Assembly: GCA_963703225.1 (NCBI GenBank)
Contig: OY969801.1
Location: forward strand, 2,464,001-2,528,000
Origin: Candidatus Eiseniibacteriota bacterium
GTDB lineage: Bacteria > Eisenbacteria > RBG-16-71-46 > SZUA-252
DNA length: 64,000 nt
Direction of reading: 5' to 3'
The notes under the pieces are model-generated. The model saw only the letters and a program-made list of their open reading frames with translations. It made no database searches and was not told the origin of the DNA. Below are positions 10,767 through 21,694 of this stretch, piece by piece. How positions within the stretch are numbered: the first letter of the stretch is position 1; every line of letters starts with the position of its first letter. The position numbers were made by a program, and so were the translations under genes.

Positions 10767-13700
10767 TCACTTCAATACGACGACCCTCCCCCTCTCCGAG
10801 CCTTCGGGTGCCTCGATCGAATAGAAGTAGATCCCGGAGGCGAGCCGGCGGCCGCTTCCATCCGCGCTGCCGATGCGAAGGTCGTGGTAGCCCGCATCAA
10901 GGGGCGCGTCGTGGATCGTCTGGACGAGGCGTCCCTGAACGTCGAGTAGGCGGACGCGCACGCGCCCGGGTTTGGTGATCACGAACGTCAGGGTTGCGTC
11001 CGGGTTCATAGGATTGGGCGCCAGGGAAGCGGAGAGGGCGAACGGCACCACGACCTGGAACGTGATCGGGGCTTGGAACCGCGCCCCCGACACCAGTGCC
11101 CCCGTGATCGCCGCGACCACGGTTTGCTTTCCCGGCGGGAGATTGTCGAAGAGTCGCCGCAAGCCGAAGGTCGAAAAGCAAAGGGTGGCCTCGGGTATGG
11201 AATTGTGGTCTCGATCCATGGCGAGAATCGCCTTCGCTCCAAAAGCGGGGACTTCCGAAATCGATCCTGTTCCGATCGATACGAGGCGGATGGAGCGGGC
11301 ATCCAGATCGGTGATCGCAAACGATCCGCCGACGGGCTCGAGCTGGAAGCAGTGAAAGGGACGCCAGGACGCGAGCCGGATGATCCCCTCGAGCCCGGCC
11401 GCGAATGCCCGGGCCGCAACCGTGGCACCGATCGTCGCCGTGGTCGAGTCGCTGTCGGCCAAGGCCGCATCGCGGACGGTGAGCACCACCGGATACGTGC
11501 CCCCCGCCGCGTATGTGTGGTGGATCATGGCGCCGAGGCCGGTCGCCCCGTCCCCAAACCTCCATGCATAGGAGAGCGAATCCCCATCGGCGTCGCTGGA
11601 GCCGGCCGCGTTCAACTCCAGCGGAAAGCCGGCCAGGCCGGTGTAGGGACCGCCCGCGTCCGCCACGGGGGCGCGGTTCGTCTGGAGCACCCGAATTGAC
11701 GTCTCGAAGGTTCCCGACTTGTCGTTCGAAGCGGTGAAGCGAACGATGTATGCCCCCGCATGGGAGAGATTGGGCGTCCACGTCAGGCTGCCGGACGACG
11801 AGCCCGGGCCGGCCGTGAATGCCGCGTCATTCCCCAGCGGCAGACCGGAGAGATCCGCCGTGAGCGACGTGAGCGGATCGCCGTCGAGATCGAGAGCCTG
11901 GATCGAGAGGTTGAGCAAGGCCCCCTCCGCGACCGTCACTTCGCGCGGCGCCTTCACGTACGGGAGCAACGCGTAGTTCGACGCCGCCACGTAGCGCACG
12001 ACCGGCACCAATTCCCGGAGAGCGCCCACCGAGGCAAGGCGGTCGCTGCCCTGGCCGACGAGGATCGCCGTCACAAATTCCTTGGTCTCTTCGGCGCCGA
12101 GGTGGAACGGGCCGGAGGAGACCATGATCCGCTTGTCCGCCGGTACTAGGTCGAGCCACCCCGTGCCCGCGACAGGATCACCGTCGTACCGGAATGTGGT
12201 GACCGGCTGCGCGGGATCGCCCGCACGGTGCATCGCGCTCCCATCGGGGTTCTTCCCCTGCATGAGAACAAAGGATCGCTCGGGAGAGAGCCGCTCCAGA
12301 TTCACCATGGCGATGTCGTAGGACGTGAACGAGTTCATCCGGGGCGTCCCGGTGTCTGGCGTGCCCGGCGTCGTCGGTGATTCGAGGAGCACCAGGCCCA
12401 GCGCTGGAGCCGCGCCTCCATACTGGCTGTCCATCGCATCCGCGTTATAGACATAGCCAAGGTCGAGGCTCGGGTCGCAGCCGGCAGCATCGTCGCTCGG
12501 TTGGCCGACGTCGACGTCGGCCCAGACCGTGGCGTACGCGCTATCGATGTCCGAGAGGCCCCGGTTGGTCAGGACGAATCGGACGAACGCCATATCGGCA
12601 AGCGGCCCGGGCGCGGCGAACGAGAAGGTGCTCTGGCGGACTTCCACTCCCATCGGCAGCGTGCCGGCCTTGTATTCGGGCCCCGCGATCCGTCGCCCCG
12701 CTTCCGTGTCGTTCGAGACGCTCCAGACGAATTGGTCCCCGTCCATTCGCGGCTGCCCGCCTGCGTCCACCGGCGCGCCATCTGCAGCGGGCCATTGAAG
12801 GTAATCCTCGCTCGTGACATCGCCGCGCGAGATTCGGAAGTTTCGGAACCGAACGTCGAATGGATTGGGAACGGTCCCCCTCGTGGTTCCGGGGAAAAAC
12901 TCCGTCTGAGAGCCGCCGCGGGAGACGCGCAGCGCGTCCCCCGCCTTCCCGCCGATCCAAGGACCCAGCGCGAACAGCACGGTGTTTTGCGAGCCCTTGG
13001 GATAGGCCAGCCCCGGCTCCGTTTGAATGAACTCAAACCCCGTTTGACCGCCGTTTCCGACCAGAAGGTCGAGATTGTTGGCGTCGAGCCGCGAGAGACT
13101 CGAGAACGTGACGCCGACGGTGGCCGGCGCATAGCTCGTCAGGTCTCCGTCCGACGCTTGGAAGTACATGCCGAAGTGCCGGACCCCGTTCACGGCGGCG
13201 TCCTGTGTCCGCGGCGTCCAGTCAACGGTCCCGGCGGTGTTCTCGAAATTCTTCGTGAACGTGGCTCCGCTCTGGAGCGCCGAGCCCAAGTCCGCGGTGA
13301 GGCTTTGGATCGGATCTCCATCCGGGTCGGAGACGGACACGTCGATCGAGACCGGGCGGAGCGGCATGGCGCCGACAAATTCCGGTGCCGACAGAATGAC
13401 CTGCCTACTGTGGACCTGGACCTCGAGGGCCCCGGTCGCGCTGGATCCGAACGCGTCCGTGACGGTGAAGCGCAGGGTGAACGTTCCCATCTGGCTCGGG
13501 GTCCATGACAAGGTGCCGTACGCGTACTGGCCGTAATACTGCGGGGTGAATGATGTGACGTCGCTCGGGGGCAGGGCGCTGTCATCGAACGTGAGCGAGG
13601 AGATGTCGTCGCCATCAGGGTCGTACGAGTAGACGTAGACCTCGCTGGAGGTGTGGACCTGTATGTAGTTGCCTTCACTAACGGACACTTGCGGAGGAGC

Positions 13701-14849
13701 GAAATTCGGGAGCACGGTGATCGCGACGCTCTGGGTGTCCGCTGCCACCTCATCGTGGGCCGAGATGACGGCCACGGCAGTTCCCACATGGCTCCGGAAA
13801 TTCGGTTGCAAGAGAAGGAACGCCGTTCGGTCCGTTGCGTTGAAGACGTGGGCATAGTCGGGACCCGCTTCGCGCTTGTAGAGGATCTGCTCCGCATCGG
13901 ACCCGGTGACGCTCAGGGTAATGAGACTGTCCCTGTGCTGCGTCATGACGATCGGGGGAATGGGAACAAGGATGAGCGAACGCGCGGCGACGTCGATCGC
14001 AAAGGTTGCGTCGACGCTGTAGTGGCCGTCGAATGCCCGCACGCGACCCGTGTAGTGCCCGGCGTCGTTGGGTCCGGGCGCGAGGTGAATGTTTCCCGTC
14101 GCCGTTCCAGTTCCCGCATCGAGCGTGGAAACCGTCATGAAGCCGGGCCCTGCCGCTTTGGAGAAGGCGACCGGATCCCCGTCCAGATCGGTGGCGGTGA
14201 TCCCCTGGTCCGCGCTCCGCCCCTCCAAGAGCGCCATCGCCAATGGCTGAACCCAGACCGGCGGATGGATACGCGGACCGCCCCACGCGAGGCCGTCGGC
14301 GTCGAGCCAGTCGCTTCCCAGCTTGAGCGTGTTGTCGAACTCGGTTCCCGAGCAGTTCGACCCGAAGGACGTTGTGAACGCTCCGCTCAGCGGGGTGCTC
14401 GATGCGAACTGGATATCGGTAAACCCGGACGCGGGGGTGATGGTGATGGAAGCGAGCCGGTAGAGGCCGGCGGGAAGCAGGGACCCGCCTCCAAAGCCAT
14501 TGTGGTAGTCGGTCCCCGACGAGACCTCGCCCTGGGAGCCCGAAAACTGCGACACGCGGTTCGTGAACCCGCTCCACTCGACCGTCCCGTCGGTCGAGTG
14601 GAGGATCAGCTCGTAGCCATTGATCGTGAATGGCCCGTCCTGGGATGGGCAGAGGGCGGGCGCGCCGTCCAGGTTCTGGTCCGTGTGGAGCCAGACATCC
14701 ACCGTGGTGCTCCCGGTCGTCGCGAGGACGTCCGCGGAGGTGTGGATCCCGTCCCCATTCGCGTCGAGATAGATGTATTGAGCCGGCGCGGTGGAAGGGA
14801 GGATCAGCGTTGCGAGTACGAGCGCGAGAACGACGGGCGAGTTTCGCAT
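10767..14849 (-). CDS. Large secreted modular protein (Ig/cadherin-like repeats, PKD, C-terminal FlgD/T9SS-type sorting domain)
   Basis: Signal peptide; repeated D(P/L)DGD..LTWTP units; [12 protein letters not shown]...[17 protein letters not shown]...LASGIYF C-terminus. Confidence 0.8.
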   Translation of the reverse strand: MRNSPVVLALVLATLILPSTAPAQYIYLDANGDGIHTSADVLATTGSTTVDVWLHTDQNLDGAPALCPSQDGPFTINGYELILHSTDGTVEWSGFTNRVSQFSGSQGEVSSGTDYHNGFGGGSLLPAGLYRLASITITPASGFTDIQFASSTPLSGAFTTSFGSNCSGTEFDNTLKLGSDWLDADGLAWGGPRIHPPVWVQPLAMALLEGRSADQGITATDLDGDPVAFSKAAGPGFMTVSTLDAGTGTATGNIHLAPGPNDAGHYTGRVRAFDGHYSVDATFAIDVAARSLILVPIPPIVMTQHRDSLITLSVTGSDAEQILYKREAGPDYAHVFNATDRTAFLLLQPNFRSHVGTAVAVISAHDEVAADTQSVAITVLPNFAPPQVSVSEGNYIQVHTSSEVYVYSYDPDGDDISSLTFDDSALPPSDVTSFTPQYYGQYAYGTLSWTPSQMGTFTLRFTVTDAFGSSATGALEVQVHSRQVILSAPEFVGAMPLRPVSIDVSVSDPDGDPIQSLTADLGSALQSGATFTKNFENTAGTVDWTPRTQDAAVNGVRHFGMYFQASDGDLTSYAPATVGVTFSSLSRLDANNLDLLVGNGGQTGFEFIQTEPGLAYPKGSQNTVLFALGPWIGGKAGDALRVSRGGSQTEFFPGTTRGTVPNPFDVRFRNFRISRGDVTSEDYLQWPAADGAPVDAGGQPRMDGDQFVWSVSNDTEAGRRIAGPEYKAGTLPMGVEVRQSTFSFAAPGPLADMAFVRFVLTNRGLSDIDSAYATVWADVDVGQPSDDAAGCDPSLDLGYVYNADAMDSQYGGAAPALGLVLLESPTTPGTPDTGTPRMNSFTSYDIAMVNLERLSPERSFVLMQGKNPDGSAMHRAGDPAQPVTTFRYDGDPVAGTGWLDLVPADKRIMVSSGPFHLGAEETKEFVTAILVGQGSDRLASVGALRELVPVVRYVAASNYALLPYVKAPREVTVAEGALLNLSIQALDLDGDPLTSLTADLSGLPLGNDAAFTAGPGSSSGSLTWTPNLSHAGAYIVRFTASNDKSGTFETSIRVLQTNRAPVADAGGPYTGLAGFPLELNAAGSSDADGDSLSYAWRFGDGATGLGAMIHHTYAAGGTYPVVLTVRDAALADSDSTTATIGATVAARAFAAGLEGIIRLASWRPFHCFQLEPVGGSFAITDLDARSIRLVSIGTGSISEVPAFGAKAILAMDRDHNSIPEATLCFSTFGLRRLFDNLPPGKQTVVAAITGALVSGARFQAPITFQVVVPFALSASLAPNPMNPDATLTFVITKPGRVRVRLLDVQGRLVQTIHDAPLDAGYHDLRIGSADGSGRRLASGIYFYSIEAPEGSERGRVVVLK

Positions 14850-15018
14850 CAGGCCCCCCTCGATGCGGTGTGAACCCAGCGCTGCACGGACGAGGAGTTT
14901 TGCGGGTCACGACAGCCGTCTATCCCTAGCGATTGGAGGCCCCTAATACTACGCCTCCCGGCTGGTGATTTCCAGGAGGCGCAAGCGTTCCCGCAACTTT
15001 TGTCGCCACAGCGGCCTA

Positions 15019-15453
15019 CTAGGCGGGAATCTTCATATCCTCGGGCTTCACGTCCTTCACGTGCGTCGCGAAGAACCACTGGTGCCCTTCCGGATCCTCG
15101 GCGGCGTAGCGGCGGTCGCCGTAGAACTGGTCCTCCGGCTCCTTGAGGATCTTCGCCCCGGCCTTCTTGGCCCGCTGGAAATGCTCGTCCACCTTGTCGA
15201 CGTAGACGTAGAGCATCTGGGTCGGCATGTTCAATTGTTTGGGATTCTTGAATTCGCCGTCGGGGCGACCCATCATGACGACGCCCTCCTCCAGCGTGAC
15301 CTCCGCGTGCGTGACCTTGCCGTCGGGCCCGTCCATCCGCATCCGTTCCTTGAAGCCAAAGGTCTTGGTCAGCCAGTCGGACGCGGCGGCCACGTCGTGG
15401 TAGAGCAGGTAGGCGGTGATGCGGGGCATGTCTTTCGGTGGATTCTGAGGCAT
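15019..15453 (-). CDS. VOC / glyoxalase family protein
   Basis: HAEVTL, DQFYGDRRYAAEDPEGHQW; GAAGGAGGG RBS. Confidence 0.9.
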   Translation of the reverse strand: MPQNPPKDMPRITAYLLYHDVAAASDWLTKTFGFKERMRMDGPDGKVTHAEVTLEEGVVMMGRPDGEFKNPKQLNMPTQMLYVYVDKVDEHFQRAKKAGAKILKEPEDQFYGDRRYAAEDPEGHQWFFATHVKDVKPEDMKIPA

Positions 15454-15730
15454 GGGACTACCCTCCTTCGCGTTGTGGGGACGGGGAATCGTACCACGCG
15501 CCCGTCGCCGAAAATTCGCTGGCGTGGGGGGTCAGGCGCCTTCAATATTCAGCCCATCGCCACTTGCGGGCCGAGGAGCTCTTCCCCTCCGAGGATCCAC
15601 CTCCCGCCACGGACGGCGCCTCGGCCCCCTGCGAATTCCCTCCAGAGCCGACCGACATTTCTTCTAACAGACATAATTACAATCGTTTAACCGGTTTCTG
15701 AAGCTCTGGCCCGATCCAGCCATCCAAAGA

Positions 15731-15827
15731 GTATGGGAGGCGGGTCGTCGGGCCGGCAGGGACGCCGAGCGTGGGTCATCCCACAGGGATCCGGCGACAC
15801 GCCCCATACGCGTTTCCGAAAGGAGCG
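15731..15827 (+). promoter_or_regulatory. Candidate structured 5' leader (three-way junction plus SD-sequestering hairpin)
   Basis: Manual pairing GTATGGG/CCCATAC and GTCGTCGG/CCGGCGAC; inner hairpins CGGC-AGGGAC-GCCG and GTGGG-TCAT-CCCAC; CGTTTCC-GAAA-GGAGCG covers the SD. Confidence 0.35.
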
Positions 15828-15831
15828 ACCC

Positions 15832-16647
15832 ATGGCAAAGCTCACCGCAAGGCTGGCGGAGCGCGAGCAGATCGCCGATGCCACCTACGCGTTCCAGTTC
15901 GATCTGGCCAATCAGCCCTTTGAATACAAGTCGGGTCAATCGGTGGATCTCATCCAACGGGAGCCGAAATACACAGACGAGATGGGAAACCGCCGGACCT
16001 TCTCCATCGCCGACGCGCCCGGGAAGGAGCGCCTTCTCGTGGCCACACGCAATCGTGGGAGCGCGTTCAAGCGGAGCCTGATCGAGGCGCCGCTCGGCAC
16101 GCCGGTCGACCTGGACGGGCCCTACGGCTCGTTCACGCTTCCCCAAAAACCGAACGACGTCTACATGCTGGCGGGCGGCATCGGGGTCACCCCGTTTCGC
16201 TCCATCGTCGAGGACACGCGGGAGCGCTCGCTCGACCACACGCTCACGCTCATCCACTCGAACCGGACGCCCGAGGAGACGCCGTTTCTGGACGAGCTGA
16301 TCCGATGGGGCGTGGAGAGCGCCAAGGAGACATCCGGGGGGAAGGTCCCTCGGCACCACCGGTGGAACTCCGGTTCCTCGGGCGCCTCGACGGTCGCAGC
16401 GTCGGGGCGCCCGCGCTTTCTCTACGTTCCCACGATGACCCAGGCGGCGCGGTCCAAACGCGGCTGGCAGGGCGAACGCCGCCGCGTCGCGCCCGACCTC
16501 CTCGACGACATGCTCCCTTCAGACAAGAACTCAGCGGTCTACTACGTCGCGGGTCCGGGCCGGTTCGTCGGGGGAGCCGTCGGTGCTCTCAAGAAAGTGG
16601 GGGTGGATGAGGATCAGATCCGTTTCGAGGAATTTCCGGGCTACTGA
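15832..16647 (+). CDS. FAD/NAD(P)-binding oxidoreductase (ferredoxin reductase-like)
   Basis: RTFSIA, GPYG, AGGIGVTPF, YYVAGP, C-terminal EEFPGY. GGAG RBS before ATG 15832. Confidence 0.9.
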   Translation: MAKLTARLAEREQIADATYAFQFDLANQPFEYKSGQSVDLIQREPKYTDEMGNRRTFSIADAPGKERLLVATRNRGSAFKRSLIEAPLGTPVDLDGPYGSFTLPQKPNDVYMLAGGIGVTPFRSIVEDTRERSLDHTLTLIHSNRTPEETPFLDELIRWGVESAKETSGGKVPRHHRWNSGSSGASTVAASGRPRFLYVPTMTQAARSKRGWQGERRRVAPDLLDDMLPSDKNSAVYYVAGPGRFVGGAVGALKKVGVDEDQIRFEEFPGY

Positions 16648-16816
16648 GCACCCCTCCAGACCTCTATCCCGGTAACATTTTTTTAACCTCCGGGCGACCC
16701 CGGCAAAGCTGCATGCGGACGCTCCGGAGGCGACCCAATGGCATCGAAAGGGTTATGGGGATGCCTCATTTCGGGGACACCGAACCTGTAAAGCGGCATC
16801 GGTAAGCCCTTTTCCA

Positions 16817-16863
16817 CCTCAAGCTATTGCGGTATAATGGGGTCTCGCCCCAAGATGTTGTGT
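16817..16863 (+). promoter_or_regulatory. Tandem NrdR boxes flanking a TATAAT hexamer
   Basis: cctcaagctattgcgg (16817-16832) and ccccaagatgttgtgt (16848-16863) match acaCwAtATaTwGtgt, 31 bp apart, upstream of nrdJ. TATAAT at 16833-16838. Confidence 0.8.
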
Positions 16864-17008
16864 TTTCCCTCTTGACGGTGCTCGGACCCCCTCCAGTAGA
16901 TTCCGACCCCGGTTTCAAGAAGGATCCCCGGCCGCTCTTTGGCCGGGTGATGGCGTCTCAGGAGAGGCGCCCCTGGGTGGGGACTGCAACTACGGAGAGG
17001 GGCCGGAC

Positions 17009-20000
17009 ATGGTGAGGGATCTGGGGAGCGACGGCACGGCGATCAACGAAGGTATGGCGGTTCTTGAGGGAACTCCCGCGATGGGCACGCAAGGGAAACG
17101 AGAATTCGGTGTCGAGACCCGCGCAGGTCTCCGCTTCCCCCGCGTCTACACCCGGCCCGGCGTCGATCCATACGACGAGGTCGAGTGGGAGCTCCGGACA
17201 GCGGTCATTTCGAACGAGCACGGAAACGTCGTCTTCGAGCAGCGGGACGTGGAGTTCCCCAAATTCTGGTCGCAGATGGCGACGAACGTCGTCGCCTCGA
17301 AGTACTTCCGCGGCCAGATCGGCACCCCGCAGCGCGAGCGCTCGGTCAAGCAGCTGATCGGCCGGGTCGCCAAGACGATCGCGGGCTGGGGACGCGCGCA
17401 GGGCTATTTTGCCACTGAACCCGACGCGCAGTCGTTCGAGGACGAGCTCACCTACCTCCTGCTCCACCAAAAGGCGTCGTTCAACAGCCCCGTCTGGTTC
17501 AACTGTGGCGTCGAAGCCAAGCCGCAGTGCTCGGCCTGCTTCATCAACTCGGTCACCGACACGATGGACGGAATTCTCACCCTCGCGAAGACCGAGGGGC
17601 TCCTCTTCAAGTGGGGCTCGGGCACCGGGACCAACTTCTCGTCGCTCCGCTCGTCCAAGGAGGCGATCCAGGGCGGCGGCACCGCGTCCGGGCCGGTTTC
17701 CTTCATGAAGGGCTTCGACGCCTTCGCCGGCGTCATCAAGTCGGGCGGCCGCACGCGCCGCGCGGCCAAGATGGTGATCCTGAACGTCGATCACCCCGAC
17801 ATCGTGGAATACATCAAGTGCAAGGCGGAGGAGGAGAAGAAGGCCTGGTCCCTGATCGACGTGGGCTACGACCCCTCGCTCAATGGGCCCGCCTACTCCT
17901 CGATCTTCTTCCAGAACTCGAACAACTCGGTGCGCGTCCCCGACGAATTCATGCACGCGATCGAGAAGGACGGGAAGTGGACGACCAAGGCGGTCACCAC
18001 GGGCCAGCCGGTCGACACCTACCGCGCGCGCGATCTCATGCAGATGATCTGCGACGCGGCGCACCAGTGCGGCGATCCCGGGCTTCAGTTCGATACGACG
18101 ATCAACGACTGGCACACCTGCCCGAACACGGCGCGGATCAACGCGTCGAATCCGTGCGTTACGGGTGACACTTTGGTAGCCACAACTGATGGCTGGCGCC
18201 GGATCGATGCGCTCGTGGGCCATTCGGCTGCGGTCATCGGCGCCGATGGGATGCCTCATCTGGTGACAAACGTATTTCCCACTGGCGTCAAGCGCGTCTT
18301 TAGGCTTCGCACGCGGGCTGGATATGAGGTACGGATCACCGCTGACCATAAGGTTTGGACCGCGGATCGGGGCGATGTCGCAGTGAAAGATCTCGAGGTG
18401 GGGGATCGCCTCGCACTCCAGGCGCCCGGGTTCGGGCGGCGCGCCCTTGGCGAGCGCTTGGCGCTCGCCGTTGGAGTCGCCGTTGGCGACGGATGTCTTA
18501 CCCGCACGGTTCACTCGAATGGTCGCACGCAGGAGATTGTCATTCTCACCATGGCGGCGGGTGAGGCCGGCGTCCTGGATGAGATCGCGGGCACCGTCAA
18601 TGTGGAGAAGGCTGCCCGTCGGGTCGCGGGCTCAGTTGGGCGCGCGGATGAAGTCCACGTGACTGAAGGCAGCGGCTCCGTCTCTCGACTCAGTTTCTCG
18701 TCGCAGCCCGTCGTCGATGCCTTTAATGAATTGGCGGTGCTCGACAAAGGGAGCGCTGGAAAGCGTTTCACGACAGCCGCCTTTGAACTGGACCGCGCCT
18801 CGATGGCGGGGATGCTGCGGGGACTTTTCACGGCTGACGGTACCGTCGCCAATTATGGCGAGAAGTCGCAGTACATTGCGCTTGATTCCACGTCTCTTGG
18901 GCTGCTCCAACAGGTGCAGCTCATGCTGCTGAGCTTTGGAATCAAGTCGAAACTGTACCGCGAGCGCCGCGGGGGGGTTGCTTCCTCATTGCTCCCGGAC
19001 GGTCGCGGTGGGATGCGGGAGTACCCGGTACGCGAGACTCACTCGCTCCGAATCACTCGCTCCTCGCGCTTCCTCTTCGAGCGTGAGATTGGTTTCCACA
19101 CCGCAAGCCCAAAGGCCGAAGCCCTGCGGGTGCTAAACGACGAATTCGCATCCTATAGGGACGAACTCACCGACAAAGTCGCCTCGATCGAGGCCCTTGG
19201 CGAGGAGCCGGTCTTCGACCTAACGGAGCCAGCGACGCACCATTTCGTGGCGAATGGGCTCCTTGTCCACAATTGCTCCGAGTACATGTTCCTCGATGAC
19301 TCGGCGTGCAACCTTTCCTCGCTCAACCTCATGAGGTTCCTCCGCGAGGACGGATCGTTCGAGGTGGAGAAGTACAAGCACGGCGTCGCCACGATGATCA
19401 CCGCTCAGGAGATCATCGTCGACAACGCCTCCTATCCGACGCCCGCGATCGAGCGGAACAGCCACGACTTTCGCCCGCTGGGGCTCGGCTACGCCAACCT
19501 CGGCGCGCTCCTCATGTCGTGGGGCATCCCCTACGACAGCGAGCCGGGCCGCGCGATCGCGGCGGCATTGACCGCGCTGATGCACGGCCACGCCTACGCG
19601 ACCAGCGCCCGCATCGCGGCGGTGACCGGTCCCTTCGCGGGCTTCGAGAAGAACCGCGAGCCGATGCTCCGGGTCATCCGCAAGCACCGGTCCTTTGTCG
19701 AGAAGATCGAGACCCGCTACGTCCCCGCAGACCTGATGGAGGCGACGCGGACCACCTGGGAGGAGTGCTACAACCTGGGTGCCGAGCACGGATACCGCAA
19801 CTCGCAGGTCACGGTGATCGCGCCCACCGGCACGATCGCCTTCATGATGGATTGCGACACCACCGGCATCGAGCCCGACATCGCCCTCGTGAAGTACAAG
19901 AAGCTCGCCGGCGGTGGAATGCTCAAGATCGTCAACCAGACGGTGCCTGAGGCGCTTCGGCGCCTCGGCTACGGGGAGGATGAGGTGGCTCGGATCGTGC

Positions 20001-20956
20001 AGTTTGTGGACGAGCACGAGACGATCGAGGGAGCACCCGCGCTCAAGGATGAGCACCTTCCTGTATTCGACTGCGCTTTCAAGCCCAAGAACGGCGTGCG
20101 CACCATCCACCACATGGGCCACATCCGGATGATGGAGGCGGTGCAGCCGTTCGTCTCCGGCGCGATCTCGAAGACGGTGAACATGCCCGAAGAGGCGACG
20201 GCGCAGGACATCGCGGAAGCCTACATGGAGGCCTGGAAGGGCGGGATCAAGGCGATCGCCATCTACCGGGACGGCTCCAAGCGGAGCCAGCCACTCTCGA
20301 CCAGCAAGGAAGATCGCGGGGCCAAGGCTGGCGTGGCCGCCAAGGGCGCGCCGGTCGCGAAGAGGCGCCGGCTTCCCGACGAGCGGCAGTCGATCACGCA
20401 CAAGTTCTCCGTGGGCGGCCACGACGGATACCTGACCGTCGGAATGTACGAGGACGGCGCCCCCGGCGAGATCTTCATCGTCATGGCCAAGGCGGGGAGC
20501 ACGCTGAGCGGCGTGATGGACTCCTTCGCGACGGCCGTCTCCTTGGGGCTCCAGCACGGCGTGCCGCTCCGGCTCCTCGTGGGCAAGTTCAGCCACATCC
20601 GGTTCGAGCCGCACGGCTTCACCAAGAACCCGGACATCCCGATCGCGAAGTCGATCGTCGACTACATCTTCCGCTGGCTTGGAATCAAGTTCTTGGGCGA
20701 GGCTCCGGCTTCGGCGCAGCACGACGAAGCGAAGGAAGATCCGCTCGAGGCCCGCGGCGTCCAGCCGGTGGCTGAAGTGCAGCTCAAGCTGATCAACGGC
20801 GGGGCGAACGGCCACACCAAGGGCGCACAGACCGATGACCGCTCCTTCGTGACCCAGTCGGACGCGCCGCCCTGCACCGAGTGCGGCGCCATCATGGTCC
20901 GCCGCGGCGCCTGCTACAGCTGCCTGAACTGCGGCGCGACGAGCGGGTGCGCGTAG
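17009..20956 (+). CDS. nrdJ: Class II (adenosylcobalamin-dependent) ribonucleotide reductase with intein, TSCPD domain and C-terminal Zn ribbon
   Basis: FNSPVWFN, QCSACFI, SGGRTRRAAKM, ASNP|C..., LGLGYANLG, IAPTGTI, RRRLPDER, CTECG..CLNCG. Confidence 0.95.
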   Translation: MVRDLGSDGTAINEGMAVLEGTPAMGTQGKREFGVETRAGLRFPRVYTRPGVDPYDEVEWELRTAVISNEHGNVVFEQRDVEFPKFWSQMATNVVASKYFRGQIGTPQRERSVKQLIGRVAKTIAGWGRAQGYFATEPDAQSFEDELTYLLLHQKASFNSPVWFNCGVEAKPQCSACFINSVTDTMDGILTLAKTEGLLFKWGSGTGTNFSSLRSSKEAIQGGGTASGPVSFMKGFDAFAGVIKSGGRTRRAAKMVILNVDHPDIVEYIKCKAEEEKKAWSLIDVGYDPSLNGPAYSSIFFQNSNNSVRVPDEFMHAIEKDGKWTTKAVTTGQPVDTYRARDLMQMICDAAHQCGDPGLQFDTTINDWHTCPNTARINASNPCVTGDTLVATTDGWRRIDALVGHSAAVIGADGMPHLVTNVFPTGVKRVFRLRTRAGYEVRITADHKVWTADRGDVAVKDLEVGDRLALQAPGFGRRALGERLALAVGVAVGDGCLTRTVHSNGRTQEIVILTMAAGEAGVLDEIAGTVNVEKAARRVAGSVGRADEVHVTEGSGSVSRLSFSSQPVVDAFNELAVLDKGSAGKRFTTAAFELDRASMAGMLRGLFTADGTVANYGEKSQYIALDSTSLGLLQQVQLMLLSFGIKSKLYRERRGGVASSLLPDGRGGMREYPVRETHSLRITRSSRFLFEREIGFHTASPKAEALRVLNDEFASYRDELTDKVASIEALGEEPVFDLTEPATHHFVANGLLVHNCSEYMFLDDSACNLSSLNLMRFLREDGSFEVEKYKHGVATMITAQEIIVDNASYPTPAIERNSHDFRPLGLGYANLGALLMSWGIPYDSEPGRAIAAALTALMHGHAYATSARIAAVTGPFAGFEKNREPMLRVIRKHRSFVEKIETRYVPADLMEATRTTWEECYNLGAEHGYRNSQVTVIAPTGTIAFMMDCDTTGIEPDIALVKYKKLAGGGMLKIVNQTVPEALRRLGYGEDEVARIVQFVDEHETIEGAPALKDEHLPVFDCAFKPKNGVRTIHHMGHIRMMEAVQPFVSGAISKTVNMPEEATAQDIAEAYMEAWKGGIKAIAIYRDGSKRSQPLSTSKEDRGAKAGVAAKGAPVAKRRRLPDERQSITHKFSVGGHDGYLTVGMYEDGAPGEIFIVMAKAGSTLSGVMDSFATAVSLGLQHGVPLRLLVGKFSHIRFEPHGFTKNPDIPIAKSIVDYIFRWLGIKFLGEAPASAQHDEAKEDPLEARGVQPVAEVQLKLINGGANGHTKGAQTDDRSFVTQSDAPPCTECGAIMVRRGACYSCLNCGATSGCA
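18155..19273 (+). mobile_element. Intein with LAGLIDADG homing endonuclease (373 aa)
   Basis: Starts CVTGDT; block B ITADH; LAVGVAVGDG and LRGLFTADG motifs; ends VFDLTE...LLVHN followed by Cys+1. Interrupts NPCSE. Confidence 0.95.
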
Positions 20957-21638
20957 ACAAGCGACGGAGCCGAAAAGGCAGGTCGAGCAGCAGAAACAGA
21001 GTCAGCGCGAGAAGCTCGGTGACGAAGAGATAGACCGGCCAGGGGCCGAACCAGTCAAGCACGCTCCAGCCACCGGGCTTCTCGCGTAAGTAGAGGTAGT
21101 TCCTCCCGAAGACCAGATCCACCACCCCCGCAGTCGCCGCATAGGCGTTCGTCCATAGAAAGACACGCCAGGGCGCCCCCGGTCTCGGGCGCATCCGCAT
21201 CCCGATCGTCAGAAAGAGCGCCGCGGCGACGACCGAGCCATGGAAGGCAAAGAACGAGAGAAACTGCCGGCTGGGAAATCCTCTCGTCAGGTCGGGCGTG
21301 ATCATCGCGAAGAGGGTTCCGGCCAGGGCCCAGAAGTAGAAGATCTCGTACGCCGTCCGCTGGCGCGTCACCAGCGCGTAGATCGCGAGCAGAATCCCAA
21401 AGTCGCAGAGGTGGAGCGGGACCCAGTCCCAGACGGAGAGCCGGCCCCGGAGGCCGTCGCTGACGAGCCCAACGACGATCGCGGTGGCCAGGATCCCCGC
21501 GAACCCCACGCGTATGCCGCGTGCGAGGTGGCCCTCGGGCTGCCCTCGGACGGCGAGCGAGAGGCCGACGGCGACGATCCCTGTGGCAAGTATCGCGGCG
21601 ATGTGATCGGGACCGAAGAGAACAAAGGGCGGCGCCAC
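20892..21638 (-). CDS. YwaF / TIGR02206-type integral membrane protein
   Basis: LFGPDH, PLHLCD, AMITPD, NYLYLREKP..LDWFGPWPVY motifs. Confidence 0.85.
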   Translation of the reverse strand: MAPPFVLFGPDHIAAILATGIVAVGLSLAVRGQPEGHLARGIRVGFAGILATAIVVGLVSDGLRGRLSVWDWVPLHLCDFGILLAIYALVTRQRTAYEIFYFWALAGTLFAMITPDLTRGFPSRQFLSFFAFHGSVVAAALFLTIGMRMRPRPGAPWRVFLWTNAYAATAGVVDLVFGRNYLYLREKPGGWSVLDWFGPWPVYLFVTELLALTLFLLLDLPFRLRRLSTRTRSSRRSSGSCSRRRGGP

Positions 21639-21694
21639 GACGTTCAGTCTAACGCGGCCGCAGCGCCACGCCCCAGCGAAGCTCTATCGATTCC

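Noticed and set aside
14951..14982. Inverted repeat between the VOC gene and the large secreted protein
   Set aside because: A single ~11-bp stem with no U-tract and no second copy; not supportable as a terminator or repeat family.
15760..15810. ZTP (pfl) riboswitch resemblance (GTGGG..CCCACAGGGA)
   Set aside because: It lacks the ACTGGCG and downstream CGCCTGGG elements, and the gene context is not purine or folate.
16648..17008. Cobalamin riboswitch upstream of nrdJ
   Set aside because: No B12-box or other conserved riboswitch elements seen; NrdR boxes explain the regulation.
20892..20956. 65-nt convergent overlap of nrdJ and the TIGR02206-like gene
   Set aside because: The overlapping tail is low-complexity run-on sequence, common in high-GC genomes or caused by an indel.
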